Assembly: GCF_006345805.1 (NCBI RefSeq)
Contig: NC_043007.1
Span: 12,958,001 to 13,022,000 of the forward strand
Direction: 5' to 3'
DNA from: Octopus sinensis
Taxonomy: Eukaryota
Length of the DNA stretch: 64,000 nucleotides
Shown here: positions 60,924 to 64,000 of the stretch, piece after piece
How positions within the stretch are numbered: the stretch's first letter is position 1
How the letters are laid out: each line of letters opens with the position of its first letter
Program-made: the position numbers and the translations under genes
The notes under the pieces: model-generated
Seen by the model: only the letters and a program-made list of their open reading frames with translations
Database searches by the model: none
What the model was told of the DNA's origin: nothing

Positions 60924-61741
60924 AATGCTTTTATTTTTGCCTCAACATGTCTCTTATGCTGTCACCAAATATGATCAAATCTCTCTCCCACAATCACACA
61001 TTTTCTCCCTTCCTTCTTTTCTTCCCCGATTGTATCAAAACACGTTCTCACTGTCGTCATACTAATCTATCTTTCTCATTCTCCAATTACTCTCTCTCAC
61101 CCTCTCACTTTCCCTTACAGTCACACACTCTTTTCTTCGTCCTCTTTCCTCCCTTTATTGTTACCCGCTCCTACATCCGTTTAGTTTCCATTTTCCCGAC
61201 GTCATTTTCTGCTCGTACTTACCCAAACACTCCTTCAATATTCTTCAAGAAAAATATCAAAAGAAAAGAAAAAAAAAGAAAACGATGATGGGCAACCTTT
61301 TGGGGTGTTGTGTTGCAAGTTGAACAAACTGAGAAGCTCTAAGAGGAAAATTCTATTTGGTGGATCCCATCCATCTCCAAGTCATACCTACAGCAGATGG
61401 GATTCAACTATCACAACACTCCTCAAAATCCGCAGCGCTCCTGTGCGAATTGTTGCTGTTTCCAGAAACCCAAGCCACAGGCCGCTTCCTACTCCAAATG
61501 AAGCACGCTCTCACTTGTTACAATACATCTCTTGCTTTGGCATTTGTATAAAGGTTACTAGGATGAAGTTATGCTCTTTATCAAATGCATTGGCGACACA
61601 AATAAAGTTAATTGAACTTAAATGAAAACGAAACACTTTTTCATAGTCTTTGTTGGCTTGAGATCTTACCCATTTTCAATAAACTAAGCTAATCCCATTT
61701 CCATATCACCAATAAGATGGTATAACATCTCTAGTTTTCCA

Positions 61742-61975
61742 GAGGCGGTGAGCTTGCAGAATCGTTAGCATGTCGGGCGAAATGCTGAGCGGTATTTTGT
61801 CTGCCATTACGTTCTGAGTTCAAATTCCGCCGAGGTCGACTTTGCCTTTCATCCTTTCGGGGTCGATAAATTAAGCACCAGTTACGTACTGGGGTCGATG
61901 TAATCGACTTAATGTCTGTCCTTGTTTAGCCCCTTTGAACTCAGGACGTAACGGCAGACGAAATACCGCTCAGCA
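61742..61975. mobile_element. Family B SINE (+) with an inverted head fragment at its 3' end
   Basis: + copy to about 61935, then tttgaactcaggacgtaacggcagacgaaataccgctcagcat. Confidence 0.75.
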
Positions 61976-62029
61976 TATATATATATATTTATATATGAGA
62001 CCAAAATGTACGTACGCCGGCCAGATTGG

Positions 62030-62250
62030 AGCAATCTCGAGTATAACCAGCCGAAATTGCAAAGATAATCTGGAACTCAACTGAGGAAAGAAAACTCCGA
62101 ATGACTCGTCTTTGTCTTTTCTTGTCCCCTTTTTTGTATCATCTGTCTGGATGTTTTGCGTTCTTGTCCCCTTTTTTTTGTATTCCTATATATATATATA
62201 TATATTCTTTTTGCTTCTTTTATATGAATATAAACTATGTTTTTTTTATA
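62030..62250 (+). mobile_element. TA-flanked Penelope-like terminal fragment
   Basis: gccgaaattgcaaagataatctggaactcaactgaggaaagaaaactccgaatgactcgtc; homologous to 37830-38030. Confidence 0.45.
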
Positions 62251-63102
62251 AATATGCCTATTATTTTAAGGAAATTATTTTCCCCAAAATACTAGATATT
62301 GAACCAGTATTTCCTTGTCTGCATAGAGCGCCGCCTCGCCAAGGGAGATAATCTACTTATCGGAAAGCCCTATACACAGGCTATGAAATTTTGGTGGAGC
62401 GTGTAAGTCGATTACATCAACCCCAGTGCTCAGCTGGTACTTATTTCATCGATCTCGAAAGGAGGAAAAGCAAAGTGGATCTCGGAGGAATTTGAAATCA
62501 GACCGTAAATGCCGCTAAACACTTTGTCCGGCGTTGCTAACACTACAGTGATCGCGGTCCACATGTTACTGACCTCTGATCCAACACCATGGAAACTAGG
62601 CCCCTTACGTCGTTGTTAAATCACAAAATGGGGTTGGCTGGTTGGCTGGATTATGACAGTTTCAGTGGGGGGAGAATGTCTCCAAAAGCCTCCTTAGCGA
62701 CCTTACAACTGGAGAAAATGCCAGTAAATTAAGGAACAACGGTAACTGATGTTTAAGTGAGAAAGTTTCCATCTGGAAGTAAATAGGATTCAATGGGTGG
62801 CCTCGTCAGGTTTTCTCTTCATCACGACCTCGAGGATGGATAACTTGACAGCCAGGACAGCTGCAGTTGTTATTGTTGCATCGGTCGGTCGTCACAGGTC
62901 TATGATCATCAAAGACCTATATGACCAGCGCCGTGCAAACTACGTGCTTTTCTTTCTGACTCCCCCACCTCTCCAATTGTTTCAATGTGCGACATTTCAT
63001 TTTAAAGAAGGTAGTGTGGTTTGTGTGATATGGCTGCTATTTCTAACAGGTCGAGGAGCGATCACATAGAGGAAAATGTGTGTGCGTGTTTGTATGCGTA
63101 TG

Positions 63103-63159
<57 letters not shown>

Positions 63160-63163
<4 letters not shown>

Positions 63164-63322
63164 TCTTTACTCTTTTACTTGTTTCAGTCATTTGACTGCG
63201 GCCATGCTGGAGCACCGCCTTTAGTCGAGCAAATCGAGCCCGTGACTTATTCTTTGTAAGCCCAGTACTTATTCTATCGGTCTCTTTTGCCGAACCGCTA
63301 GGTATATATATATACTATACCG

Positions 63323-63360
<38 letters not shown>

Positions 63361-64000
63361 CAGAATGTTAACGAAATAAGAAGGTGCGTCCCGTTACATT
63401 AAACAATATGTTTATAACAGTATACGGAAGTACAAACGGAACAAACAGAAAATGTCGATAAATCCACTTCAGTTATCGTCCAAAGTGACTGTATGGTAAG
63501 TAGCTTGCTTACTAACCACATGGTTCTGGGTTCAGTCCCACTGCGTGGCATCTTGGGCAAGTGTCTTCTACTATAGTCTCGGGCCGACCAAAGCCTTGTG
63601 AGTGGATTTGGTAGACGGAAACTGAAAGAAGCCCGTCGTATATATTACTCTTTACTCTTTTACTTGTTTCAGTCATTTGACTGCGGCCATGCTGGAGCAC
63701 CGCCTTTAGTCGAGCAACTCGACCCCGGGACTTATTCTTTTTTGTAAGCCCAGTACTTATTCTATCGGTCTCTTTTGCCGAACCGCTAAGTGACGGGGAC
63801 GTAAACACACCAGCATCGGTTGCCAAGCAATGCTAGGGGGGACAAATACAGGCACACAAACACACACACATACATATATACATATACATATATACGACAG
63901 GCTTCTTTCAGTTTCTGTCTACCAAATCCACTCAGAAGGCATTGGTCGGCCCGGGGCTATAGCAGAAGACACTTGCCCAAGATGCCACGCAGTGGGACTG
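63160..64000. mobile_element. Family A pieces: - tail (63160-63300), + head (63490-63632), - copy (63645 to window end)
   Basis: Matches to other family A copies in the window. Confidence 0.85.

Overview
AT-rich, repeat-saturated eukaryotic DNA. The SINE repertoire and microsatellite load point to an octopus (coleoid cephalopod) genome; this is inferred, not database-checked. No long intact CDS, rRNA, functional tRNA or CRISPR array is present. Most ORFs in the supplied track come from (TA)n, (CA)n or (ATC)n tracts or from SINE consensus sequence. Four short-retroposon families recur; my working labels are A (tRNA head, CORE-like segment, internal microsatellite), B (tRNA head plus Deu/Nin-like domain, often multimeric), C (modular ~75-bp internal repeats, (ATG)n tail) and D (tRNA-Arg-like head). 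Also present are mariner/Tc relics, hAT and piggyBac MITEs, non-autonomous Helitrons, 3' relics of a restriction-like-endonuclease LINE and a TA-associated Penelope-like family with a hammerhead-like motif. Unique islands contain several plausible minus-strand exons, but I could not identify the gene(s). The best are an Inr-bearing first exon and two further exons at 50.2-52.9 kb, a signal-peptide-like exon at 20.9-21.1 kb and an exon at 68-153. Most noteworthy: a ~1.1-kb near-identical tandem duplication carrying a frame-preserving candidate exon, several strong hairpins, SINE multimers sharing one junction, a Helitron stack, an inverted MITE pair and a tRNA-like cloverleaf that folds with a CUA anticodon. 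Repeat boundaries are approximate (tens of bp) unless TIRs or TSDs are quoted.
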